A stretch of DNA of 64,000 bases from IMG/VR virus record IMGVR_UViG_3300031251_000016, positions 2,458 to 66,457 of that record; one strand, given 5' to 3'. The notes below the pieces were generated by a model that was not told the DNA's origin, searched no databases, and saw nothing but the letters and a program-made list of their open reading frames with translations. The translations under genes and the position numbers were made by a program. Shown piece by piece: positions 8,346-16,870 of the stretch. Each line of letters opens with the position of its first letter. Within the stretch, counting starts at the first letter, position 1. The DNA comes from a virus.

Positions 8346-8426
8346 AGCCCCCTCCGCCCCTTGGCTACGTAGTCAGCATGCTGTAGGCTACGGCAGCGAC
8401 TCCTCGGCTGAGAGGCGGATTTTTTC

Positions 8427-11400
8427 ATGCCCGACGTAAAAGGCGGCCTCGTCACGCCGATCTCAAGCGCCATGACGAGGCTCGTCAGCGGCGTTCGCGA
8501 CTCCATCCGCAGTGTCGGCACGAGCAACTGGTTCGGCCCGTTGCAGCCGCTGAAGCCGATGGCGCCCGATGACGTCAAGGGGCGGCAGTGGAACTACCCC
8601 GTCGGCCTCAACCTCAATTACGTGCCGCGGGGCGAAAGCGGCACTGACGACCGATCCGGCGTTGTCAGCTTCGAGGAGCTGCGCTCGCTGGCCGACAACC
8701 TCCCGATTCTGCGGCTCGTGATCGAGACCCGCAAGGATCAGGTCGAGTCGATCGGCTGGATGGTCAAGCCCAAGGGCGTGAAGGGTGGCAAGTTCTCCGA
8801 CGCCGAGAAGCTCAACGACCCGCGCATCAAGCAGGTCACTCAGTTTCTGGCCTCGCCCGACCAGCGCAGCGGCTTCGCGACATGGATGCGCCAGCTGCTC
8901 GAGGAAGTCTTTGTCACCGATGCGCTGACGATCTACCCGCGCATGAAGCGCGGCGGCGGGCTCTACAGCCTAGACCTAATTGACGGCGCGACGGTGAAGT
9001 CTCTGATTGACGCCACCGGACGGCCGCCGGTTCCGCCCGATCCTGCATATCAGCAGATCCTGCACGGCATCCCTGCGGCTGATTTCTCGCGCGACGAGCT
9101 GCTTTATCTGCCGCGCAATCGTCGCGTGAATCGACTTTACGGGTTCTGCTTTGCGCCTGGGACCGAAATCTTGACTCGCGAGGGCTGGAAGCAGATCGAC
9201 GGGCTATCATCCAAGGACCAACTCGCGACGCGTCAACCAGTGACGCACGAGTTTCAGTGGCAATCGCCGATCGCGTTGACCTCGCGGGAATTCTCCGGGG
9301 ATCTGATTCGTTTTTCGAATAGCATGGGCGGCGCGGGCAGCGTCGACATCCTGGTCACGCCCGAGCACAAGATGATCGTTCGCAACCAGCGCACCGGGCG
9401 CGAGCAGCTTATGCCGGCCGAGGACCTCGCGGGTAAGTCGACTAAGGCTTGCCGCTGGCGCATCCCACTTGCGGCGGATTCTTGGAATGGCGTGCGAATC
9501 GTCGAGAAGCGGTTCGCGAACGAGGAGACGCTAGCGCGCAACGTCGAGATTCGTCGGCTGCGGCAGGCTGGCCTGACGTATCGCGAAATCGCCGAGAAGG
9601 TTGACTGCGCACAAATGACTGCGCACGACGTGGCGTCGGGTCGGTACGCCTACGACGGGCGCGGCGCATTTAAGGTTGACGTGCTGTCGGGCGACAATTT
9701 CTGCGCGTTCATGGGGATGTATCTGTCGGAAGGCTCGACGAACAAGGACCGGATTGTCGTCGTCTCTCAGACGAAATCTCAGACGGCGGAGAAGTTCAAA
9801 GAGAAGCTTACGGAGTGTTTCGGGCTTGTAGAATATGACGGTAGGGACTTTAGGGTTCACAGGACGCGGGTCGCCGAGTATGTCGGTCAGTTCGGGAAGA
9901 GCTACGAAAAGTTTGTGCCCGAAGAGATCATGAACGCCACGTCCGAGCAGATTGAGATATTTCTTGATTACCTGTTCGATGGCGACGCGCACCGCAGCAG
10001 ATCCGGGCAGACGCTGCTCTACACGACTAGTGCGCGCCTCGCCGACCAGGTGCAGGAGCTCTGCCAAAAGATCGGCAAGCCAGCTTCAGTGACGAAGCTT
10101 GCTCCGCGAGGCTCGGTCATGACCGATGGCCGCGTTATCGAGGCGGAGAATTGCCGCCCGCAGTATCGGGTTTCGGTCAATCGTCGTAAATTCGTGCGCG
10201 TTCTTTCGTCGCGCGTTCCCTACAAAGGGCCGGTTCATTGCGTGAGCGTTCCCAACAAGAGCGTGCTGGTCAGGAGGAACGGTCGCGCAGCGTGGACTTC
10301 GCAATCCCCGGTCGAGCAAATAATCTTGGCTGTAAATATCGCGCTGCGTCGCGAGATATACACCCTCAACTACTACAAAGAAGGCACGCTTCCCGAGGCT
10401 TTTGGCACGCTGCCGAAGGAGTGGACGCAAGAGCAGATCGGCAGCTTCCAGGCCTATTTTGACGCGCTTCTCACGGACAACCTCGCCGACCGGCGCAAAC
10501 TGCGCTTCATGCCCGACGGCTTCAAGTTCGAGCAGGTGCGCCAGCCGCCGCTCAAAGACGCCTACGACGAGTGGCTCGCGCGCGTCGTTTGCTACGCTTT
10601 TTCCGTGCCGCCGACGCCCTTCGTCAGTCAGGTCAACCGTGCGACGTCGGATTCACTGCGCGTTGAGGCCTCGCACGAAGGTCTGATTCCGCTCAAGAAC
10701 TGGATTAAGGCCGTCTTCGACCTCGCGATCCAGCGTTATATGGGCTTCTCGGACCTCGAGTTCGCATGGGACGACTCCGACACGACCGACCCATTGCAGC
10801 GCGCCCAAGCCGACCAGATCGACATCGCCTCCCGCGTCAAGACCGTCAATGAAGTGCGCGACGAGCGCGGCCTGCCGCCGCTACCGGATGACCAGGCCGA
10901 TGGCGCGCCGCCGCCCACGGCGCTCGACATCGCCAACGCCCGGGGGAACGCTTTCGGCGGCAAAAAGCCGGGCGACGGGGAGGACGACGCGGAGAAACTG
11001 GTCAAGACCGCGCCATTCGCAGCCGGCATCTGCTTTCTCACTCCCGATCGCAAGGCGTTGTTCTTGCGTCGCACGGGCGACGATCACGGCGGCGAATGGT
11101 GCTTGCCGGGCGGCAAGGTCGAGCCGGGGGAGGCGCCGAACGAAGCCGCAGCCCGGGAAGCAGCCGAGGAGGCGGGCGTTCGCGTCAATCCTGACGATCT
11201 ATGGCAGATGTTCTCGACGACGACCGTTTCCGATAGCGGTCCTCAGTTTGCGACCTTCCTGCATTACGTGCCCGGCAAGCAAGCGGTTACGCTCGACGAG
11301 AAAGAGAGTTCAGACTTTCTTTGGGCGTCGATCGACAATCCGCCGCAGCCGCTTCACCCCGGCGTCTCACGGACGCTGCCGATGCTCGCGGGCTACAAGC

Positions 11401-12944
11401 ACCCTGCCGAGAAGCTCGCCAAGTACTCTCCGAATCAGTCGCGCGACAGCCACGGTCGCTTTGCACCGCAGGGGACGTCTGGCCTCGTGCAGACTCGCCG
11501 GCGCAAGCCGCGTGAAGTCGCGGGCGCCAAATGGGATGCGACGACGCAGTCAGGCGTACGCTATGAGGCTGCCATTCGAGCGGTGAAGGGTGCGGCGCGC
11601 ATCGGCGGCGCGGCTTTCGCGGCTGGCTACATCCCGGCGCTGCGCTTGGCAGTGAAACGAGGCGCCTTTACCGCGCTGCTCGGCGCTACGGGATCGGGAA
11701 GTGTCGCACTCTGGGCGGCGAAGCCTGCCGCAGTCGTCGTCGGTACGGCGGCGTCCTTGGTGCTGAGCGGCATCGCCGGCGAGGGCGTCCACGACATCTT
11801 CACGTCGGGCCACGCGCTGCTCGAGCAGGCCTGCGATGCGCTTGGCGTCCACCGCGCCTACGCCGACCGGGCGGTGACGCTTGTTCGGTCGATCTTCTAC
11901 GGCACGCTCGACGAACTTGCCCCTGGACTGCGCGACATCGCACGCGACATCGGCAAAGCGGCCGACGATCAGAAGCCGCTTCATCAGTTGCTTGAAATCT
12001 GGCGCGAGCACGGCGACGCGTCCGCGACCGCCTGGGCCGAGGGCTTCAAGAAAGAGATCGAGAAGTCGGACCTCGACGACGGAATGAAGGAGTTCTCGCG
12101 CAAGTTCGCCGACGGAACGCGCGAAATCTTCCTCAAGGCGCTCGCACAGGCCGAGCACGAGGTCGAGACGGGCAAGCATGAGAAGCTTGCCAAGGCCTCG
12201 GAAACGTGGCCCGAGGGCAAGGCGCCGAAGCCAAAGCACGCCCGCAACCTTCGATCGCTGTGGCAGGAGATTTTCAAGGCGGCGAGCAAAAAGGCCGCTG
12301 CGGCGCTTCGGGCGTCGTATACCGCGAAGCTCGCCAAGGGTGGTGACACCGTCGACGTCGACTTCTCCGACTACGAGGATCAAGTTACTGAAGCTCTGGC
12401 GGAGGCGGCGTCCGATGGCGGCGGCGCAGGCCTCAACGAGCTTTTCGACAAGTTCGGCGAGCCGGCGTCGGGGTCGATCCGGACGGCCGTCTTTGATGCG
12501 GCGCAGGAGCGCGCGCACACTTGGGCGGCCCAGCACGCCGCGGAGCTCGTCTCGCAAGTGAGCGATACGACGCGCGAGATGCTTCGCGACGTGATCGCGG
12601 ACGGGCTGTCCGATGGGCTCACGATTCCTGAGATCGCCGACGAGATCGAAAGCGCCGCAGTGTTCTCCGACGAGCGCGCCGCGACGATCGCGCAGACCGA
12701 GGTCACGAACGCCAATTCGGCGGGCGCGCTCGAGGGCTACCGTGCGGCGCAGGATAGCGGCCTCAAGGTCAAGAAGGGCTGGCTTAACGGGGCCAATCCG
12801 TGCCCGGTCTGCCAGGAGAACGCCGCGGCCGGCTTTATTGAGCTCGACGACGAGTTTCCGAGCGGCGACATGGCTCCGGCAGCGCACCCTCACTGCCAGT
12901 GCTCAGTTACGTGCCAGGCGGTCGAGGACGATGGGGAGGCCTGA
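8427..12944 (+). CDS. Portal protein fused to intein, NUDIX hydrolase, an unknown hydrophobic segment and a MuF/SPP1-gp7 head morphogenesis domain
   Basis: Portal motifs (YQQILHG, YG./SPVEQI, VKTVNEVRDERGLPP); Nudix box GGKVEPGEAPNEAAAREAAEEAGV; MuF C-terminus RAATIAQTE..CPVC..PAAHPHCQC. Confidence 0.88.
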   Translation: MPDVKGGLVTPISSAMTRLVSGVRDSIRSVGTSNWFGPLQPLKPMAPDDVKGRQWNYPVGLNLNYVPRGESGTDDRSGVVSFEELRSLADNLPILRLVIETRKDQVESIGWMVKPKGVKGGKFSDAEKLNDPRIKQVTQFLASPDQRSGFATWMRQLLEEVFVTDALTIYPRMKRGGGLYSLDLIDGATVKSLIDATGRPPVPPDPAYQQILHGIPAADFSRDELLYLPRNRRVNRLYGFCFAPGTEILTREGWKQIDGLSSKDQLATRQPVTHEFQWQSPIALTSREFSGDLIRFSNSMGGAGSVDILVTPEHKMIVRNQRTGREQLMPAEDLAGKSTKACRWRIPLAADSWNGVRIVEKRFANEETLARNVEIRRLRQAGLTYREIAEKVDCAQMTAHDVASGRYAYDGRGAFKVDVLSGDNFCAFMGMYLSEGSTNKDRIVVVSQTKSQTAEKFKEKLTECFGLVEYDGRDFRVHRTRVAEYVGQFGKSYEKFVPEEIMNATSEQIEIFLDYLFDGDAHRSRSGQTLLYTTSARLADQVQELCQKIGKPASVTKLAPRGSVMTDGRVIEAENCRPQYRVSVNRRKFVRVLSSRVPYKGPVHCVSVPNKSVLVRRNGRAAWTSQSPVEQIILAVNIALRREIYTLNYYKEGTLPEAFGTLPKEWTQEQIGSFQAYFDALLTDNLADRRKLRFMPDGFKFEQVRQPPLKDAYDEWLARVVCYAFSVPPTPFVSQVNRATSDSLRVEASHEGLIPLKNWIKAVFDLAIQRYMGFSDLEFAWDDSDTTDPLQRAQADQIDIASRVKTVNEVRDERGLPPLPDDQADGAPPPTALDIANARGNAFGGKKPGDGEDDAEKLVKTAPFAAGICFLTPDRKALFLRRTGDDHGGEWCLPGGKVEPGEAPNEAAAREAAEEAGVRVNPDDLWQMFSTTTVSDSGPQFATFLHYVPGKQAVTLDEKESSDFLWASIDNPPQPLHPGVSRTLPMLAGYKHPAEKLAKYSPNQSRDSHGRFAPQGTSGLVQTRRRKPREVAGAKWDATTQSGVRYEAAIRAVKGAARIGGAAFAAGYIPALRLAVKRGAFTALLGATGSGSVALWAAKPAAVVVGTAASLVLSGIAGEGVHDIFTSGHALLEQACDALGVHRAYADRAVTLVRSIFYGTLDELAPGLRDIARDIGKAADDQKPLHQLLEIWREHGDASATAWAEGFKKEIEKSDLDDGMKEFSRKFADGTREIFLKALAQAEHEVETGKHEKLAKASETWPEGKAPKPKHARNLRSLWQEIFKAASKKAAAALRASYTAKLAKGGDTVDVDFSDYEDQVTEALAEAASDGGGAGLNELFDKFGEPASGSIRTAVFDAAQERAHTWAAQHAAELVSQVSDTTREMLRDVIADGLSDGLTIPEIADEIESAAVFSDERAATIAQTEVTNANSAGALEGYRAAQDSGLKVKKGWLNGANPCPVCQENAAAGFIELDDEFPSGDMAPAAHPHCQCSVTCQAVEDDGEA
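9147..10304 (+). mobile_element. Intein in portal with in-frame LAGLIDADG endonuclease and HTH; C-terminal Gln
   Basis: CFAPGTEILTREGW start, VTPEHK block B, FMGMYLSEGS and FLDYLFDGDA motifs, ends RRNGRAAWTSQ/S. Confidence 0.9.
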
Positions 12945-12946
12945 TA

Positions 12947-14557
12947 GTGCAGCCGGCAATTTCTAAAGAAGAGGCCGAGCGCACGCGCAAAGCGTTCGCC
13001 GCGGCAGGCGGAAACACCACGCAAGCGGCCAAGCGGCTAGGCATTCCACGGGAGACGATGCAAAGCCGCGTGCGCAAGCTCGGGCTCAAGAGTTCCGCCA
13101 ATCCCCAGCAGCCCAAACCCCAAGCCTCGACGCCCACGGTTCCGGCCGCGCCTGCGCAGACCCGCGTCGTCTTGCTCACTGCGGCGCAAGACGAGACGGG
13201 TCTGCTCGCCGGAGCGCTCCCCAACCTCAAGGCCTACGCCGCGCACCGGGGCGCCGACATCTTCCTCGGCGGCTTCACTTATCAGAAGGGCCTCTTCGAG
13301 GACCATGCCGTCCGCACTGGCGTCTTTCATCATTCGATCGTTCCGCATCTCAAGCCCGAGGTCGTCGAGCTCGCGCCGCGGCTGCTCTGGTATGGCGCCG
13401 CGAACATCCTGCCGACGGCCGCCGATCCGTTGTCGGGATGGGACACGAACACGCGCGCTGCTTGGGCGATCTTCCCGCACGCCAAGATCGCGCTCAAGAG
13501 CGTGCCGGTCATGCCGGGTCGCCCGGGCAAGCAGATCATGACGACCGGCGTCATTACGAAGCCCAATTACGTGCAGCGCAATGCCGGTCAGAAAGCCGAG
13601 TTTCACCACACGCCCGGCGCTGCGGTCGCGGAGATCAAGCCGGACGGGACCTTTTTCGTTCGCCAGCTTTCCATGCTCTCGGACGGCAGCTTTCAGGACC
13701 TCGACGTCCTGGTGCGCGACGGCAAGGTCACGACGGGCGCGCCGGTTGAGGCAATTGTTTGGGGTGACGTGCATGTCGAAGTCCTCGACACCGGCATAGC
13801 GAAGCTTGCTTGGGGCTACGACCGGGCGACCGGTGTTTGCTCTGGCGGGTCCATGCTCGACACGCTGAAGCCACGCCTCCAATTCATCCACGACAGCTTC
13901 GACTTCAAGGCGCGCTCGCACCACACGCGCAATGATCCGCACGAGCGCGCCAAGCGCCTCGCCGAGGGATGTGATTCGGTCGAGGAGATGCTTCGGGAGA
14001 CGGCGCGCTTCCTCGCCGCGACGCGCCGCCAGCGTACGGTCTCGGTGCATGTTGCGTCGAACCACAATTCGCACCTGGAGAAGTGGCTCAAGGATCCGGC
14101 CGGCGCCTTTGACGCGCGCAACGCGCGGGTTTGGCATCGGCTGAACCTCGCATGGCATGACGCGATCGACCGTGGCGACGAGGCCTTTCTCGGTCATGTC
14201 CACGCTTTGCAGAACGCGGGGCAGGACCTCGGCGACGTGATTTTCCTCGCCCCTGGCGAAAGCTTCCTCGTCTGCCAGGGCCGCGCGCCGGTCGAGTGCG
14301 GCTTGCACGGCGACACCGGGCCCCGCGGAGCGCGCGGCTCGCCGGCGAACCTGCACAAGATCGTCGAACGCGTCTGCTGCGGACACACGCACGAACCGCG
14401 CATTGTCGAGGGGGCCTACTATGCGGGGACGTGCTCGCGACTCGATCTTGACTACGCGAAGCGGGGGCCGACGGCTTGGCACCACGCGGCGGTCGTCATC
14501 TATCCAACAGGGAAGCGCGCCATAGTCACCATGCAGAACGGAGAATGGCGGGCTTAG
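12947..14557 (+). CDS. HTH plus calcineurin-like metallophosphoesterase, T5 A1-like
   Basis: N-terminal HTH (GNTTQAAKRLGIPRETM); WGDVH, SNHN, LHGDTGPRGARGS, GHTH, YPTGKRAIVT; GTG start at 12947. Confidence 0.75.
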   Translation: MQPAISKEEAERTRKAFAAAGGNTTQAAKRLGIPRETMQSRVRKLGLKSSANPQQPKPQASTPTVPAAPAQTRVVLLTAAQDETGLLAGALPNLKAYAAHRGADIFLGGFTYQKGLFEDHAVRTGVFHHSIVPHLKPEVVELAPRLLWYGAANILPTAADPLSGWDTNTRAAWAIFPHAKIALKSVPVMPGRPGKQIMTTGVITKPNYVQRNAGQKAEFHHTPGAAVAEIKPDGTFFVRQLSMLSDGSFQDLDVLVRDGKVTTGAPVEAIVWGDVHVEVLDTGIAKLAWGYDRATGVCSGGSMLDTLKPRLQFIHDSFDFKARSHHTRNDPHERAKRLAEGCDSVEEMLRETARFLAATRRQRTVSVHVASNHNSHLEKWLKDPAGAFDARNARVWHRLNLAWHDAIDRGDEAFLGHVHALQNAGQDLGDVIFLAPGESFLVCQGRAPVECGLHGDTGPRGARGSPANLHKIVERVCCGHTHEPRIVEGAYYAGTCSRLDLDYAKRGPTAWHHAAVVIYPTGKRAIVTMQNGEWRA

Positions 14558-14562
14558 GAGGC

Positions 14563-14803
14563 TTGGTTAGGGCTGACGACGAGACTGAGTTCGACGAATC
14601 TGAGGCCTTCCTCGACAGCATCGCCGCACGCGTTGACGCCTGCGCGAGTGTCCTGGCCGAGATAAAGAGCGCGACGGACCCTCTGACGTCAAGGCCGCAG
14701 GGTTGAAAGTCATTGACGAGGCGTTGGCGACGTTTAGGAAGCGTTCGCGCGCCGACTTGCGTTCCTTCCCCGGAGGGAAGGGACCAAAGGCCAGTTAAGC
14801 TAA
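14563..14803 (+). pseudogene. Frameshifted paralog of the 8124-8345 ORF
   Basis: AGGAGG RBS and TTG start; after a -1 shift at GACCCTCT (about 14680) reads SDVKAAGLKVIDEAL, similar to DAVKTAGLKMLEAI. Confidence 0.5.
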
Positions 14804-14890
14804 CCCCGCGTTTTTGTTTCCTAAGTCAAGCTCGCGCGCGCTTTTCGCCTGTAGTAACTTCGCCGCTGACTACGCGCGAGGTTACAGTCA

Positions 14891-16852
14891 ATGGGCGACC
14901 TGAATCTCTTCATTCCGCTGACGAAGATCGACGCCGAAAAGCGCCTCGTCTACGGCGTCGCCACGGCCGAGACCCTCGACCGTTCGGGTGAAATTTGCGA
15001 CTACGCTTCGACGAAGCCCTTTTACGAGAAGTGGTCGAGCGGCATCGCCAAGGCGACGGGCGGCAAGTCGCTTGGCAACCTGCGCGCCATGCACGGCAAG
15101 ATCGCCGCCGGCAAGCTCGTCGACATCGCTTTCAATGACGACGCGAAGCAGATCGAGGTCGCGGCGAAGGTCGTCGACGACGACGAGTGGAAGAAGGTCG
15201 AAGAGGGCGTCTACACCGGATTCTCGCACGGCGGACGCTACGTCAAGAAATGGACTGGGACCGATGGCGCCAAGCGCTATACGGCCGAGCCGTCCGAGCT
15301 TTCCCTCGTCGACTACCCTTGCGTTCCTGAAGCCGTGTTCGAGGTCGTTAAGGCCGATGGCGTCGAGACGCGTCATTTCGTCGCCAAGGCGGAAGTCGAC
15401 GAGAAAACGCTGATCGAGCGCACCTGGAAGATCGGCAAAGAGCAGCACGTCAAGGACTGGGACACCGCCAAGGAGCTCGCCAAGGCGCAGCTCGTCGAGG
15501 AAGGCCTGCGCAAGGCCGAGATTGACGTTGGTGCGGTCGAAACCCCGGTCGATACGGCGGACGACGCCGAGAAAAGTTTCAGCCCTGCGCAAGCGCGAGG
15601 CGCAGACGGCAAGTGGGTCTCCGGCGGCTCAACCGTTGCGTCGCGCGCAGCGGAGGCGGCGGGTAGGACTGCGGTGGCGGCGACTCGAAGGGCGTCAGCC
15701 ATAGCAGCAGGGGCTAGCGCCGGCATCCACGAGGGTTTGAAAGCCGGAGATTCCGACACCGGAGTCGTGCGCGGCGCCATTAGCGGCGCCATTACCGCAG
15801 CTATTCCTGGCGCAGTTGTTGGGGCGGTTACCGGCGGCATTCCTGGGGCCATTACTGGCGCCGTGACGGAAGGCGCTATCGGAGCCCTTACTGGCGCCAT
15901 CGCAGGCGGCTCCGTGGGCGCAATTACTGGGTCCGAGGACGCCGACGAAAAGACCAAGGACAAGAGGAAGTCCGAGAAGTGGGTCGACGGCGTCGAGCAC
16001 AAGACTTTCTGGACCTGCGGTTGCGAGGGCCATGAGCACGTCACCAAGCTCGAGGCGGTGGCCTGCGCCAAAGACCGCCTCGCCAAGGAGGCGGCTGCCG
16101 AGATGCCTGAGGTCAGCGCGGCGCGCGACGCGCTCGGCAAGCTGCAGGACGCGCTCGGCGTCGAGAAGAAGGCCGAGGAAGAGGCGCCGACTGCTGCGGC
16201 CAAGGAAGACCTCGAAAAGATGCTCGGCGAGGAAGTGTGGGACGCCGCTGCGGCCATCCGCGCGGTCGACATGCTTTTCTCCATCCGCTCCAAAGAAGCC
16301 GCCGAGCCCGATAACGAAGCGGCGCAAGTCGCGTCGCTCGATCGCGCGATCGCCGGCGTCAAAGAATTCATCGCCTCCGAGATCATGGAGGACAACTCCG
16401 ACGACGGTGACGGGCTCTTCGCAGCGGCGAAAGCGACGCTCACCAAGATCGGTGCGCGCAACAGCGCGAAAGATTTGGCGGCTCTCCAGGCCATTCACGA
16501 CCACTGCGCCGATCTGGGCGCGAAGTGCTCGGGGATGGAGGACGACACCGCCAAGGCCGCGGAGACCGAGGGTCTCTCCAAGATCGCCGCGGAAAATGGG
16601 GTGCTCAAGTCCGAGCTTCAATCGGTCACGTCGCGAGTTGCGGAACTGACGAAAGCGGTCGAGGCGCTGCGGGAAATGCCCGCGCCCGCCAAGGCGGCCG
16701 TGTTCTCAGTCAGCAAGTCGGCGGACGGAGGGGCCGAGGGAGGGTCTGCGGAAGACGCTTACCTCAAGAAACTCGAATCCCTTCCCCCAGACCAGCGCGC
16801 GCAAGCGATCATGAAGCTAGCGCTTCGAGCCCCCGTGCCGGTCGTCCGATAA
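14891..16852 (+). CDS. Prohead protease / scaffold with inserted Gly-rich segment
   Basis: RLVYGVAT..DRSGE, LRAMHG, YTGFSHGG, ELSLVDYPC (HK97-type protease); C-terminal coiled coil; directly upstream of capsid. Confidence 0.85.
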   Translation: MGDLNLFIPLTKIDAEKRLVYGVATAETLDRSGEICDYASTKPFYEKWSSGIAKATGGKSLGNLRAMHGKIAAGKLVDIAFNDDAKQIEVAAKVVDDDEWKKVEEGVYTGFSHGGRYVKKWTGTDGAKRYTAEPSELSLVDYPCVPEAVFEVVKADGVETRHFVAKAEVDEKTLIERTWKIGKEQHVKDWDTAKELAKAQLVEEGLRKAEIDVGAVETPVDTADDAEKSFSPAQARGADGKWVSGGSTVASRAAEAAGRTAVAATRRASAIAAGASAGIHEGLKAGDSDTGVVRGAISGAITAAIPGAVVGAVTGGIPGAITGAVTEGAIGALTGAIAGGSVGAITGSEDADEKTKDKRKSEKWVDGVEHKTFWTCGCEGHEHVTKLEAVACAKDRLAKEAAAEMPEVSAARDALGKLQDALGVEKKAEEEAPTAAAKEDLEKMLGEEVWDAAAAIRAVDMLFSIRSKEAAEPDNEAAQVASLDRAIAGVKEFIASEIMEDNSDDGDGLFAAAKATLTKIGARNSAKDLAALQAIHDHCADLGAKCSGMEDDTAKAAETEGLSKIAAENGVLKSELQSVTSRVAELTKAVEALREMPAPAKAAVFSVSKSADGGAEGGSAEDAYLKKLESLPPDQRAQAIMKLALRAPVPVVR

Positions 16853-16870
16853 TCGAAAGGAGCGCACGTC

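Noticed and set aside
11550-16621. Long antisense ORFs (11550-12893, 13037-14485, 15373-16494, 15695-16621)
   Set aside because: Typical stop-poor antisense frames of high-GC genes, with no recognisable motifs, unlike the nested HNH ORFs
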